From Solirubrobacterales bacterium (GTDB lineage Bacteria > Actinomycetota > Thermoleophilia > Solirubrobacterales > Solirubrobacteraceae): a stretch of 64,000 nucleotides of DNA. The stretch is taken from assembly GCA_027315255.1 (NCBI GenBank), contig DAHUYL010000110.1, forward strand, positions 4,362-68,361, given 5' to 3'. The translations under genes were made by a program, and so were the position numbers. Under the pieces are notes generated by a model. That model worked only from the letters and a program-made list of their open reading frames with translations, was not told where the DNA came from and did no database searches. Positions within the stretch are counted from its first letter, which is position 1, and the number at the start of each line of letters is the position of its first letter. Positions 9,870 through 19,483 of this stretch are shown piece after piece.

Positions 9870-11438
9870 TCACGCAGGGGCGGGCGTGCGTCGCCGGCGG
9901 CGCAGCTCGCGCGCGGCCGTGTAGCGCTCGCGCGCGTGCTGGGTCGCGAGCGCACTCCCGACTCCGAGCAGGGTCCAGGTGACGGGATCCTCGAGGAAGT
10001 CGGCATACAGCATCGTGTGCATCACGAGCGCGAGGAAGGCCGCGGCGATCGCGGCCCGGGCCGGCAGCGCGCCGCTCGAGTCGAACACCGTCCGCAGGGC
10101 CGTGAGGACGAGCGCCAGGTAGACGATCAGCCCGAGCAGCCCCTGCTCGGCGGCGACCGTGATCGGGATCGTATGAGAGTCCGACAGCGAGCTCGAGATC
10201 GCCGGGTTCTGATGCTTGTACTCGACCGAGAAGCCGCCCGAGCCGTAGCCGTACAGCCACTCGTCGCCGAACATGCGCAGGCCGCCGGTGATCAGGTTGG
10301 CGCGACCGCTGGAGGCATTGTTGAGCCCCTGGTTGAGGCCGAACGTCTTCGGCGAGATCGCGACCGCGGCGCCCCCGAGCACGAGCACGGCGGCGGCCGC
10401 GATCAGCACCGGGCGCATCCGCCAGCGCAGCGCCGCCAGCGTCGCCATCCCGACGAGCAGCGCTCCCAGGCTCGACCGCGACAGCGTCAGCACGAGCCCT
10501 CCCCACAGCACCGCCAGGACGGCAGTAGCGGCCAGCTGCCGCCGACGGCTCGGCTCGTACAGCAGCACCGCGACCAGCAGGATCATCACGAGCGCCAGGT
10601 AGCGTCCGAAGATGTCGGGGTCGAAGAAGACCGAGTTGACGGTGAAGTACGGGTGATTCGAGTTGGTCGCGATCAGCTTCGGGTTGAGCAGGATCGACTT
10701 CGTCGCCTCCTCGACGAAGCCGAGGCACGCGAACACGACCGCGAGCGCCGCCGTCGCCACCAGGCAGCGGGTGAGCAGCTCGCGATCCCAGCTCAGCTCG
10801 CGCAACTGCCGCTGCAACAGCGCGAACGGCACGTAGAAGAACACGGTGTTGCGCAGTGCCGACTGGAAGTCGACGGAGTAGCTCGCCTGGAGCGCGTACA
10901 GCACCAGGAACGCGGCGAGCAGCTGCTCGAAGCGGTGAATCCCGGCGCCGCCGGCCACCGGGCCGGCGGCGCCGTCGTCGAAACCGAGCCCGCGGCGAGG
11001 CGCGGGAGCGGCGCGGCGGCCGGACAGGACCGGCACCAGCCACGCGAGCGCCGCCGCCGCGATCACCACGTACAACGGAACCAGCAGGTTGTAGGTGTGG
11101 CCGCCGACGGAGATCGGGATCCTGAACGGGAGCGCCACGACCGTCAGCGGCCCGAGCAGCCGCGGACGTCGTGCGATCGCGACCGCGAGCGCCGCGACCA
11201 GCACGACCCCGAGTGCGGCGGCCACGGCTGCGACGGGCGGATGACGGTGGATCACGTCGAGCTGGGGGGAGCGCCAGATGTCGGCCAGCAGCAGCACCGG
11301 CGCGAGCACGAGCGCTGCGAGCATCGCCCAGGCTCGGGAGGAGTCCTCGCGGGCGAGCAGGACCGCGGCCGCCAGCGCCGCGACGGCGATCACGCCGAGC
11401 CGCGGAAGCGGGCCAGTCAGCACGGCGAACGCGATCAC
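9870..11438 (-). CDS. O-antigen ligase/Wzy_C-like membrane protein
   Basis: Polytopic; VFFDPDIFGRYL, LTLSRSSL, SSGR...GYGSGGF...DSHTIPITVAAEQGLLG (Wzy_C-like periplasmic loop with conserved His). Confidence 0.8.
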   Translation of the reverse strand: MIAFAVLTGPLPRLGVIAVAALAAAVLLAREDSSRAWAMLAALVLAPVLLLADIWRSPQLDVIHRHPPVAAVAAALGVVLVAALAVAIARRPRLLGPLTVVALPFRIPISVGGHTYNLLVPLYVVIAAAALAWLVPVLSGRRAAPAPRRGLGFDDGAAGPVAGGAGIHRFEQLLAAFLVLYALQASYSVDFQSALRNTVFFYVPFALLQRQLRELSWDRELLTRCLVATAALAVVFACLGFVEEATKSILLNPKLIATNSNHPYFTVNSVFFDPDIFGRYLALVMILLVAVLLYEPSRRRQLAATAVLAVLWGGLVLTLSRSSLGALLVGMATLAALRWRMRPVLIAAAAVLVLGGAAVAISPKTFGLNQGLNNASSGRANLITGGLRMFGDEWLYGYGSGGFSVEYKHQNPAISSSLSDSHTIPITVAAEQGLLGLIVYLALVLTALRTVFDSSGALPARAAIAAAFLALVMHTMLYADFLEDPVTWTLLGVGSALATQHARERYTAARELRRRRRTPAPA

Positions 11439-11476
11439 GCGCGCAGAGGCTAGTGATTCCTCTACGCTGCGCCGCG

Positions 11477-11890
11477 ATGCGACTCGCCAAGATCCTGATC
11501 GCCTGCGGGCTGACCGCCGTCGCGTGCGGCGCCTGCGGGATCACCGCCAAGCCACTGGCGGGGACCGCGAGAATCGACCTCGCACCCGGCAACCACGCCA
11601 AGTTCAACGACCCGCGCGTCAAGCACGTCCGCTGCCTGCGGCAGCACCACTTCCCGATCCGCCAGTACTACGCGGGCAGCGGGGCGCTGCCGGCGATCCA
11701 GGTCGGTAAGCCGGGGGTCGGCCCGAACGTCGTGTTCGAGCCGACGCCGGGCATGGCCCAGGGTGCGCAGATCAACGACACCGCCCCGGGTGCGGAGGTG
11801 ATCGGCGCCGCGCTGCTGTACCCCAACGCCGAGCCGGCGGGGAAGCTCAAGACGATCGAGACGTGCGTGGCGCTCGGCGTGACCGGCTGA
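11477..11890 (+). CDS. Hypothetical lipoprotein
   Basis: MRLAKILIACGLTAVACGACG signal with a lipobox-like Cys; further Cys residues in the mature part. Confidence 0.6.
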   Translation: MRLAKILIACGLTAVACGACGITAKPLAGTARIDLAPGNHAKFNDPRVKHVRCLRQHHFPIRQYYAGSGALPAIQVGKPGVGPNVVFEPTPGMAQGAQINDTAPGAEVIGAALLYPNAEPAGKLKTIETCVALGVTG

Positions 11891-12011
11891 TCGCCCACGC
11901 CACCCCGCCGCCCGAGCGGCCAATCCCTCTAGAATGACCCGGCTTCCGCGCTGTCAGGCAGCGCGGCTGTGCACGCGCCCGCACCGCCGGCATCCGAACT
12001 GCACCTGAGGT

Positions 12012-13778
12012 GTGGCGGTCAGGAGAACCCACGTGTCCGTACCCACCGCAGAGCCGACAGCGCCCAGCCGCGGCGCCGAGCAGCACCGGCCGCCAGGCCA
12101 TTTCGCCCGGGGCGTGTTCGAGGGTGGTCGCGTCTACGCGTGGATCATCGGCGTCGCAATCCTGATCGCGGCGCTGTCGCTGTCGATTCCCTCGACCCCG
12201 AGCTACGACCCGTGGTCGTGGCTGGTGTGGGGGCGCGAGATCCTTCACGGCGGCCTGCACACGCCCGGGGGACCGACGTGGAAGCCGCTGCCGGTCATCT
12301 TCACGACCGTGCTCGCGCTGTTCGGCTCGGCGCAGCCGAACCTGTGGCTCGTCGTGGCTCGCGCCGGAGCCGTCGTCGCGACCCTGATGACGTTCAAGCT
12401 GGCGGCACGGCTGACGTGGTGGTTGCGGGCCGAGCTCGCCGAGCTGGACGAACGGGTCGACCGGCGGGCGGTCGTCGCGCGGTTGATCGACTTCGCCCCG
12501 GCGGCGATCGCCGGCGTGATCGGATTCGTGGGGCTGGCGCTGTCGGGCAACCTGCTGTCCAACAGCGCGCTCGGTTATTCGGAGGGGTTCGCGACCGCCG
12601 CGCTGCTGATCGGGGTCGAGCGCCACCTCGACGGTCACCCGCGCCAGGCGTTCGCGATCGCCTTCCTGGCGGCTCTGGACCGGCCCGAGATCTGGCTGTT
12701 CTGGGGTTCGTACGGGCTGTGGCTGATGTGGCGCGACCCGGGCTCGCGCCGGCTCGTGATCGGGCTCGCGCTGCTGACCCTGTTCCTCTGGTTCGTGCCG
12801 CAGAAGTGGGGTGGCGGGTCGTGGTTCAGCGGCGTCGCGCGCGCCCAGCACCCCCGCAAGAACAGCCCGGCGTTCGCCGCCTGCCCGTTCTGCACCGAGC
12901 TCGCCAAGCATGCCTGGACGCTCGTGCTGCACCGCGTCGCGGTGGCGGCGATCGTCGTGATCGCGGCCGCCGGCTGGGTGCTCGCCCGGGCCTGCCGGGG
13001 TACCCCGCTGCGAGCGCTGCCGAGCTGGCGGCCGGCCGGTCGCCGCCAGCGCGCGCTGCTCGCGCTCGCCACCTGCGGGCTGTTCGGCTACGGCTGGTGG
13101 ATCCTGATCGCGCTCGAGACGCAGGCCGGCTTCTCCGGCAACGACCGCTACCTGGTGATCGGCTCCGGCTTCATCGACATCTGCGGCGCGGCGGGATTCG
13201 GCTGGGGGGCGATCGAGCTGGCGCGCTGGGCCCGAAGGCTGGTGCCGCGGCTGCGCGAGCGGCTGGGGCCGCGTCCCGCGCTGCTCGGCGCCAGCGCACT
13301 GGCGGCGGTCGTGTACGCATTCGGCCCCAACTGGGTCGCCCCGAACCTGATCGACATCACCAAGACCCACCACTCGCTCGTCTTCCAGGCGACGCTGCGC
13401 AAGGACCTGGTCGCGCTGATCGACAAGGCCGGCGGCGTCAAGGCGCTCGAGCACTGCGGCGCCGGCCGCGTGATGGTCGAGGGCTTCCAGGTCCCGATGG
13501 TCGCCTGGTACTTCAACACGCGGACGATCGACATACTCGACCAGCCGAACGTCAACGCGCAGAACGTGGCGCTCCCGGTCGGCGGTCCCTGGCCGAACGT
13601 GATCTTCCAGGATCGCGACACCGGGAACCGCCACCAGCCACTGCTGCCACTGGTGGCGACGATCAAAGCGTGGCAGGCGCAGGGCGCGCATTACCTGTTC
13701 CGCATCACGAAGGAGATGTACTTCTTCGAGGACTGCCGCCCGCAGCCCAACGACCCGCCGCAGGCGTATCAGAGCTGA
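12012..13778 (+). CDS. Polytopic membrane protein, GT-C-fold glycosyltransferase-like
   Basis: PSYDPWSWLVWGRE in the first external loop (acidic residue where GT-C enzymes carry one), about 10 TM segments, LDRPE motif, soluble C-terminal domain. Confidence 0.55.
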   Translation: MAVRRTHVSVPTAEPTAPSRGAEQHRPPGHFARGVFEGGRVYAWIIGVAILIAALSLSIPSTPSYDPWSWLVWGREILHGGLHTPGGPTWKPLPVIFTTVLALFGSAQPNLWLVVARAGAVVATLMTFKLAARLTWWLRAELAELDERVDRRAVVARLIDFAPAAIAGVIGFVGLALSGNLLSNSALGYSEGFATAALLIGVERHLDGHPRQAFAIAFLAALDRPEIWLFWGSYGLWLMWRDPGSRRLVIGLALLTLFLWFVPQKWGGGSWFSGVARAQHPRKNSPAFAACPFCTELAKHAWTLVLHRVAVAAIVVIAAAGWVLARACRGTPLRALPSWRPAGRRQRALLALATCGLFGYGWWILIALETQAGFSGNDRYLVIGSGFIDICGAAGFGWGAIELARWARRLVPRLRERLGPRPALLGASALAAVVYAFGPNWVAPNLIDITKTHHSLVFQATLRKDLVALIDKAGGVKALEHCGAGRVMVEGFQVPMVAWYFNTRTIDILDQPNVNAQNVALPVGGPWPNVIFQDRDTGNRHQPLLPLVATIKAWQAQGAHYLFRITKEMYFFEDCRPQPNDPPQAYQS

Positions 13779-15403
13779 TGGCGATCACCGCGCCAAAGCG
13801 ACCCGAGTACGCGTTCGACGGGCTCGACCTGCCGCTCCCCGCGTGGGCCTCGCGGCGCCCGGCGTGGGTCGCCCACGTACCCGAGTGGGCATGGGTCGGA
13901 GCCTTCATGGTCGTCCTCTGCGGCTTCTCGCTGTACATCCGAACGCGCGCGCTCAGCGGCCAGTACTGGATGGACGAGGCGATCACGGTCGGGATCGCCT
14001 CGCACCCGCTGACGGCGATTCCCGGCGTGCTGCGGATGGACGGGTCCCCGCCCCTCTTCTACATGCTCCTCCACGTCTGGATGTCGTGGTTCGGCAACGG
14101 CGAGATGGCAACCCATTCGCTGACGGTGCTGATCGGGATGCTGACCGTGCCGGTCGGCCTGTGGGCCGGCTGGAGCCTGTTCGGCAGGCGCGCCGGGCTG
14201 ATGGCCGCCGTCCTGTTCGCGACGAACTCGTTCATCACGATCTACGGGCAGGAGACGCGGATGTACGTGCTGATGGCGCTGCTCGGGCTGCTCGCCACCG
14301 CCGGCTTCCTGCACGCGTTCGTCTACCGACGACGTCGCTACGTGGTGCTGTTCTCGGTGTCCCAGGCGCTGATGCTGTACACGCACGCGTGGTCGCTGTT
14401 CTTCGGCGCCGCGTCGCTGCTTGCGCTCGCCGTCCTCTACCGGACGGGCAGCGAGCAGACGCGCGAGCACCTGATCCGCGACGGCCTCCTCGCCTACGTC
14501 GGGGCAGGGGCGCTGTTCCTGCCGTGGCTGCCCACGTTCCTGTTCCAGACGACCCACACCGCCGCACCGTGGGATACGGCGCCCAACTTCGGTGCGCCGA
14601 TCCAGCTGTCGCGCAACGTGCTGGGCGGCGACCGCATCACGGTCGCGCTGGTCACCGGCACGGTCATCGGACTGTCCGGGCTGGTCACCGGCCGCGGCCG
14701 CGGAACGCGCGATGCGCGGGCGATGTGGGCGATGGTGATCGTCGTGACGGTGACCCTGGCGCTGGCGTGGATCGCGTCGCGGATCACGCCGGCGTGGGTG
14801 CCGCGCTACTTCGCGCCGATCGTCCCGGGGATCCTGCTGCTCGGCGCGATGGGGCTCGCGCGCGCCGGGTTGATCGGCCTCGTCTGCGTGGTGATATCGG
14901 TCGCGTTCCTGCTCGCTCCCGACGTGTACGCGCCGATGCTCAAGAGCAACATGCAGGACGTCGGCGGCGAGATGGCGCCGCACCTGCACCGCGGCGACCT
15001 CGTGATCGTCGGTCAGCCCGAGCAGACGCCGCTCGCCTACTACTACCTGCCGGCCGGGCTGCGGTTCACGAACACCTCCGAGAGCAGGGTGCTGAAGGAC
15101 CCGACGTTCATGAACTGGATCAACGCGCTGACGCGGCTGCGCCACACCAACCCGCAGACGGCGATCCCGAAGCTGCTCGCGACCGTGCAGCCGGGGCAGC
15201 AGGTGCTCTACATCCGGCCGATGACGCTCGGCGCGGCGAACTGGGGGGCGCCGTGGACCTTGCTGGTGAGACGGCGCGCGGCGCAATGGGGTGCCATCCT
15301 TGGCTCCGACAAGCAACTCGTCCCAGAGGCGTGGGCGCCACACAACTTCGTGGGGGCCTGCTGCGTCGCCGACCTCGCCATCCTCTACAAGAAGGTGTCC
15401 TGA
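13778..15403 (+). CDS. GT-C glycosyltransferase (PMT/GT39-like)
   Basis: ATG overlaps the upstream stop (TGATG). YWMDEAIT, DGSPPLFYMLLHVW, QETRMY, YTHAW. Confidence 0.8.
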   Translation: MAITAPKRPEYAFDGLDLPLPAWASRRPAWVAHVPEWAWVGAFMVVLCGFSLYIRTRALSGQYWMDEAITVGIASHPLTAIPGVLRMDGSPPLFYMLLHVWMSWFGNGEMATHSLTVLIGMLTVPVGLWAGWSLFGRRAGLMAAVLFATNSFITIYGQETRMYVLMALLGLLATAGFLHAFVYRRRRYVVLFSVSQALMLYTHAWSLFFGAASLLALAVLYRTGSEQTREHLIRDGLLAYVGAGALFLPWLPTFLFQTTHTAAPWDTAPNFGAPIQLSRNVLGGDRITVALVTGTVIGLSGLVTGRGRGTRDARAMWAMVIVVTVTLALAWIASRITPAWVPRYFAPIVPGILLLGAMGLARAGLIGLVCVVISVAFLLAPDVYAPMLKSNMQDVGGEMAPHLHRGDLVIVGQPEQTPLAYYYLPAGLRFTNTSESRVLKDPTFMNWINALTRLRHTNPQTAIPKLLATVQPGQQVLYIRPMTLGAANWGAPWTLLVRRRAAQWGAILGSDKQLVPEAWAPHNFVGACCVADLAILYKKVS

Positions 15404-15429
15404 CCTTGCCCGAGCCCAGTCTGACAGCC

Positions 15430-16923
15430 ATGCCCGCACGCGGCGCCGAGATCACGCCCGAGCGGCCGGTGGTCGTGCTGGGCGGTGGGCCGGCGGGCCT
15501 GACCGCCGGCTACCTGCTGGCCAAGCAGGGCAAGCCGGTGATCGTGCTCGAAGCGACCGACCAGGTCGGTGGGATCGCCCGCACCGAGGTCCGCGACGGC
15601 TACCGCTTCGACCTCGGCGGTCATCGCTTCTTCACCAAGGTCAAGGAGGTCGACGACCTCTGGCACGAGATCATGGAGGAGGAGTTCCTCAAGCGCCCGC
15701 GGAAGAGCCGGATCTACTGGAACGACAAGTTCCTCGAGTACCCGCTCCAGGGGATGGACGTGATCAGGAAGCTCGGCCCCGTCGAACTGGCGCGCTGCCT
15801 GCTGTCGTACACCTGGGCCGCGCTCAAGCCCAAGCGCAGGGAGGAGTCGTTCGAGGACTGGGTCTCGAACCGGTTCGGCCGGCGCCTGTACAACCACTTC
15901 TTCAAGACCTACACGGAGAAGCTGTGGGGCGTCCCGGCCACCGAGATCCGGGCCGAGTGGGCCGCCCAGCGGATCAAGGGCCTGTCGTTCTTCGCGGCCG
16001 CCAAGGCCGCGTTCCTCGGCAACGAGGGCAACAAGATCAAGTCGTTGATCTCCGAGTTCAACTACCCGCGTTACGGCCCCGGGCAGATGTGGGAGCAGAT
16101 GACCGCCGACATCCGCGCGCAGGGGGGCGAGGTCCGGCTGAGCGCGCCGGTCACGCGGCTGGTGATCGAAGGCGGGCGCGTGGTCGAGGTCGTGGCTGGT
16201 GGCGAGCGGCTGACGCCGTCGCACGTGATCTCCTCGCTGCCGCTGCGCACGACCGTCGGGATCGCCGCGCCGGAGGCGCCCGGGGCGGTCCGCGACGCGG
16301 CCCGCGGGCTTCGCTACCGCGAGTTCCTGACGGTGCTGCTGGTGATCGAGGGCGCCGACATGTTCGACGACAACTGTATCTACATCCACCAGCCCGGCGT
16401 GCGCGTCCTGCGGATCCAGAACTTCAGGTCCTGGAGCCCGTGGATGGTGCCGAAGGGCTCGGACGACGCGTCGATCGGGATGGAGTACTTCTGCTTCGAG
16501 GGCGACGATCTGTGGACGATGTCCGACGACGACCTCGTCGCGATGGCCAGCCGCGAGATCGAGAAGCTCCATCTGGCCCGCGCCGACAACGTCAGGTTCG
16601 GCTTCGTCGCCCGCGTCCACAAGGCCTATCCGATCTACGACGCCGAGTACAAGCAGCGGGTCGCGACGATCCGCGGCTGGCTCGAGACGATCGCCAACCT
16701 CCAGCAGGTCGGACGCAACGGGCTGCACCGCTACAACAACTCCGACCATTCGATGCTGACCGCGATGCGCGCGGTCGACAACATCCTGCTCGGCACCGAG
16801 CACGACATCTGGGCCGTCAACGCCGAGAGCGTCTACCACGAGGAGCACCAGGAGAACGAGGAGCCCTACCGTCAGGCGCCCTCGACCCCGGCGATGGAGC
16901 AGCCGCTCGCCCAGGAGAAGTAG
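15430..16923 (+). CDS. FAD-dependent oxidoreductase (HemY/UDP-galactopyranose-mutase-like family)
   Basis: GGGPAGLTAG, VGGIART, FDLGGHRFFTK, GRNGLHRYNNSDHSMLTA. Confidence 0.8.
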   Translation: MPARGAEITPERPVVVLGGGPAGLTAGYLLAKQGKPVIVLEATDQVGGIARTEVRDGYRFDLGGHRFFTKVKEVDDLWHEIMEEEFLKRPRKSRIYWNDKFLEYPLQGMDVIRKLGPVELARCLLSYTWAALKPKRREESFEDWVSNRFGRRLYNHFFKTYTEKLWGVPATEIRAEWAAQRIKGLSFFAAAKAAFLGNEGNKIKSLISEFNYPRYGPGQMWEQMTADIRAQGGEVRLSAPVTRLVIEGGRVVEVVAGGERLTPSHVISSLPLRTTVGIAAPEAPGAVRDAARGLRYREFLTVLLVIEGADMFDDNCIYIHQPGVRVLRIQNFRSWSPWMVPKGSDDASIGMEYFCFEGDDLWTMSDDDLVAMASREIEKLHLARADNVRFGFVARVHKAYPIYDAEYKQRVATIRGWLETIANLQQVGRNGLHRYNNSDHSMLTAMRAVDNILLGTEHDIWAVNAESVYHEEHQENEEPYRQAPSTPAMEQPLAQEK

Positions 16924-17360
16924 TGCGCGCGCGCCGCCAGCTTGCAGCCCTCCTGGTCGCCACCGCGGCGCCGCTCGGCTGGCTGCCGGCAGCAGCGCTC
17001 GCCGCCGGGAGCACGAGCGTCGCGCTCCCCGGCGGAACCTCCCCGTTCTCGCCCGGCGTGCCGTACACGCCTCCGGCGACGACCACGGCGACGAGCCCGA
17101 GCGTCGTCAACGTCACGACGACGAGCAGCGCCTCGGGCGGCATCAGCGGGACCGACGCGATCCTGATCGCGATCGGCGCGGTCGTCGTGCTGTCGGCGAT
17201 CGCGTACTTCATCTGGGCCGATTCCAAGCGTCACGCACGGGTTCGGACGGCGACCGCCGGTGTGGGCGGCGACAGGCGCAGCGGGTCGAAGACGCCGCCG
17301 AGGTCGCGCAAGCTGTCGCCGGCGGAGCGGCGGCGGCGCAAGCGCGGGCGGGCGCGGTAG
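16923..17360 (+). CDS. Small secreted/membrane protein
   Basis: GTG overlaps the previous stop. Signal-like N-terminus, S/T/P-rich linker, TM helix AILIAIGAVVVLSAIAYFIW, basic tail. Confidence 0.6.
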   Translation: MRARRQLAALLVATAAPLGWLPAAALAAGSTSVALPGGTSPFSPGVPYTPPATTTATSPSVVNVTTTSSASGGISGTDAILIAIGAVVVLSAIAYFIWADSKRHARVRTATAGVGGDRRSGSKTPPRSRKLSPAERRRRKRGRAR

Positions 17361-17499
17361 ACGCGGTCAGCGTGGGGCCTGGCTCGGGGACCTCCTCCCC
17401 ACGCAACGCTCTCGGGGGGTCGGGGCTGGTGCGGCTGCTGGGTGGTTGGGCGTTTGCGCCTGGGGCTGGGCGAAGGTCTAGGTCAACGAGCTCGGTGAT

Positions 17500-18630
17500 T
17501 TGCCGATAAATGGTGGTATGGGTGCGCGCCTGCGTCGCCGCGAGTTCGATCGGGAGGGCGGGCAGGCGCTCGTGATCACGATCTTCTGCCTGTTCGCGAT
17601 CTTCGCCTGTGCGGCGCTGGCGATCGACATGAGCCGGATCTGGGTCGCGCGGCACCAGGCTCAGGTTGCGGCCGACGCGGGCGCGCTCGCCGCCGCGCAG
17701 GCGATGGAGACGACGACCGTCGGGAGCACGATCACGACCGCCGGATCGACGCTTGCAGGCGCCAACGACGGCGGCGGGACCTCCACGATCTCCCAGCTGA
17801 CGAACAGCGGCGGTAACGAGGCCGAGGCGCAGGTCAACAACCGGGTCAACCTGCTGTTCGGCAACGTCCTGGGCGTCGGCAGCGACGGCGTCGGGGCCAG
17901 TGCGGTCGCGCAGGTTCAGTCGAACACGACGCAGGTCGTCGACGGGAACATCAGCCCGGCCGGCTGCGGCAACGGCACCGACGACTTCTGTGAGTACTAC
18001 GCGACGTCGTCCTGCAACGGGAACTCGCAGTACTCGTGGGCGTTCTCCGGTCCGACGATCGGGACCGGGCCCTGGTCGATCTACACCGGATACAACGACA
18101 GCACCAACACCTTCGAGTGCAGCTCCGTCAACCTGCAGGACTGCAACGGCGCCGTCGGCGGCGGCTGCATCGACCAGAACGGAAACCCGATCACCAACGA
18201 GGTCGTGGACCTCAACGGCGACTCGGTCGGCGGGATGTACCAGACGGTCGCTACCACGGCCGGCGCGCAGTACGAGCTGTCGTTCCTGCTGACCGGAAAC
18301 CCCGCGGGTGAGAGCTGCGTCTACGACACGTTCACCGGCTACGTCCAGATCAACGAGAACGACGTCAACGGCCCGCTGCTGGCGGCGCAGGACTTCTCCC
18401 ACACGAATCAGTGCGCGTCCGACACCGAGACGGCGACCTTCCAGGTCGTGACGGTGCCGTTCGTCGCCAAGTCCTCGTCGACGACGCTGATCTTCCAGAG
18501 CACGACCTGCACGGGCCAGAACGGCTACACCGGCGACACCTGCCCGACGAGCCCGCGGAACTACTGGTACTACGGGCCAGAGGTGACGAACGTCGAGCTG
18601 ACGTACCCGTCGATCGCGCTCGTGCAGTGA
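17500..18630 (+). CDS. TadE/TadG-like pilus tip protein with a Cys-rich and DUF642/carbohydrate-binding-like C-terminal domain
   Basis: EGGQALVITIFCLFAIF...AIDMSRIWVARHQAQVAADAGALAAA (Tad N-terminus). C-terminus VDLNG...MYQTVATTAGAQYELSF...FVAKSSSTTLIFQS...YGPEVTNVEL. Confidence 0.75.
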   Translation: MPINGGMGARLRRREFDREGGQALVITIFCLFAIFACAALAIDMSRIWVARHQAQVAADAGALAAAQAMETTTVGSTITTAGSTLAGANDGGGTSTISQLTNSGGNEAEAQVNNRVNLLFGNVLGVGSDGVGASAVAQVQSNTTQVVDGNISPAGCGNGTDDFCEYYATSSCNGNSQYSWAFSGPTIGTGPWSIYTGYNDSTNTFECSSVNLQDCNGAVGGGCIDQNGNPITNEVVDLNGDSVGGMYQTVATTAGAQYELSFLLTGNPAGESCVYDTFTGYVQINENDVNGPLLAAQDFSHTNQCASDTETATFQVVTVPFVAKSSSTTLIFQSTTCTGQNGYTGDTCPTSPRNYWYYGPEVTNVELTYPSIALVQ

Positions 18631-18652
18631 CGTCACGCGCCCCAGCCGGGCA

Positions 18653-19405
18653 CTAGCCGGTCGGGACGACCGCGCCCTGGCCGGTGACGCTCGTGGCGAG
18701 GTGGGCCGGATGTCCGCTGAACAGGATCGTGCCGGTGCCCGAGACGGAGGCATCGAGGCTGCGCGTGGCGAGCAGCGTGATCGTGCCGTCGCCGCGCAGC
18801 GCGGCCGCGACGTCGCCGGCGCTCAACTGTCCGAGCAGCACGGTGCCCGAGCCGTCGAGCGCCACAGCGAGCCGCGCGGTCGTCCCGCTGGCGCTGATCG
18901 TGCCGCTGCCGGGCAGCTCGATCGCGAGCGTTCGCGCGTCGATCCCCGTGACGGCGAGGTTGCCCGAGCCGTGCAGCACGATCCGGTCGATCGCGGGGAC
19001 GGTCACCTCGACGAACATCGGCGTCCGCGCGCTGAGGTTCCCGGGCGCCGTGCCGATCTCGAGGATCTTCGAGCGGACCGTCGTCGTGACGCGCCCGAGC
19101 AGGTTGGTGTCGGCGTGGACGACGACGGACTGGCGCGGGCCGACGCGCACGGTGACGTTGTTCGCCCCGGCGAGCTCCACGCCGGTGAACGGCGCGACGG
19201 TTCGCGTCTGCGTGGCGGCCTGCCCCGAGCCGGTGCCGGCCGGCGGCCCGGAGTCGCTGAGGTCGCCGGCTGCCGCCAGCACGATCACGATCGTGGCGAG
19301 CAGACCGACGGCGACGACCGCCGGCGCACGCAGGCGATGCAGCGGTGTCCTGCGGTGGTGCAGCGGTCTCCTGCGGTGGTGCAGCGGTGCCGGATTGACG
19401 CTCAA
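18653..19405 (-). CDS. GIN/DUF2807 (autotransporter-adhesin-head-like) protein
   Basis: TM/signal helix, then QTRTVAPFTGVEL and repeated L-x-GSG-x-I units. Confidence 0.75.
   Translation of the reverse strand: MSVNPAPLHHRRRPLHHRRTPLHRLRAPAVVAVGLLATIVIVLAAAGDLSDSGPPAGTGSGQAATQTRTVAPFTGVELAGANNVTVRVGPRQSVVVHADTNLLGRVTTTVRSKILEIGTAPGNLSARTPMFVEVTVPAIDRIVLHGSGNLAVTGIDARTLAIELPGSGTISASGTTARLAVALDGSGTVLLGQLSAGDVAAALRGDGTITLLATRSLDASVSGTGTILFSGHPAHLATSVTGQGAVVPTG
19338..19389. repeat. 21-bp tandem repeat, about 2.5 copies
   Basis: TGCAGCGGT(G/C)TCCTGCGGTGG x2 plus TGCAGCGGTG; encodes PLHHRRR/T on the minus strand. Confidence 0.85.
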
Positions 19406-19483
19406 GGACCGTCCTCCGCGACAACCGTCTCACGTCCTGGCGGACGCCACATCGGTGACGGACCGACGTCGGCCGGTTCGGAA

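Noticed and set aside
11969-16923. Apparent giant proteins (1144 aa at 11969-15403; 1026 aa at 13843-16923)
   Set aside because: Only the 3' parts are protein-like; they are real genes (13778 and 15430 starts) with stop-free upstream frames caused by high GC.
17361-17499. G-rich intergenic stretch as a G-quadruplex or mobile-element end
   Set aside because: G-runs are expected at this GC content; no terminal repeats or second copy found.
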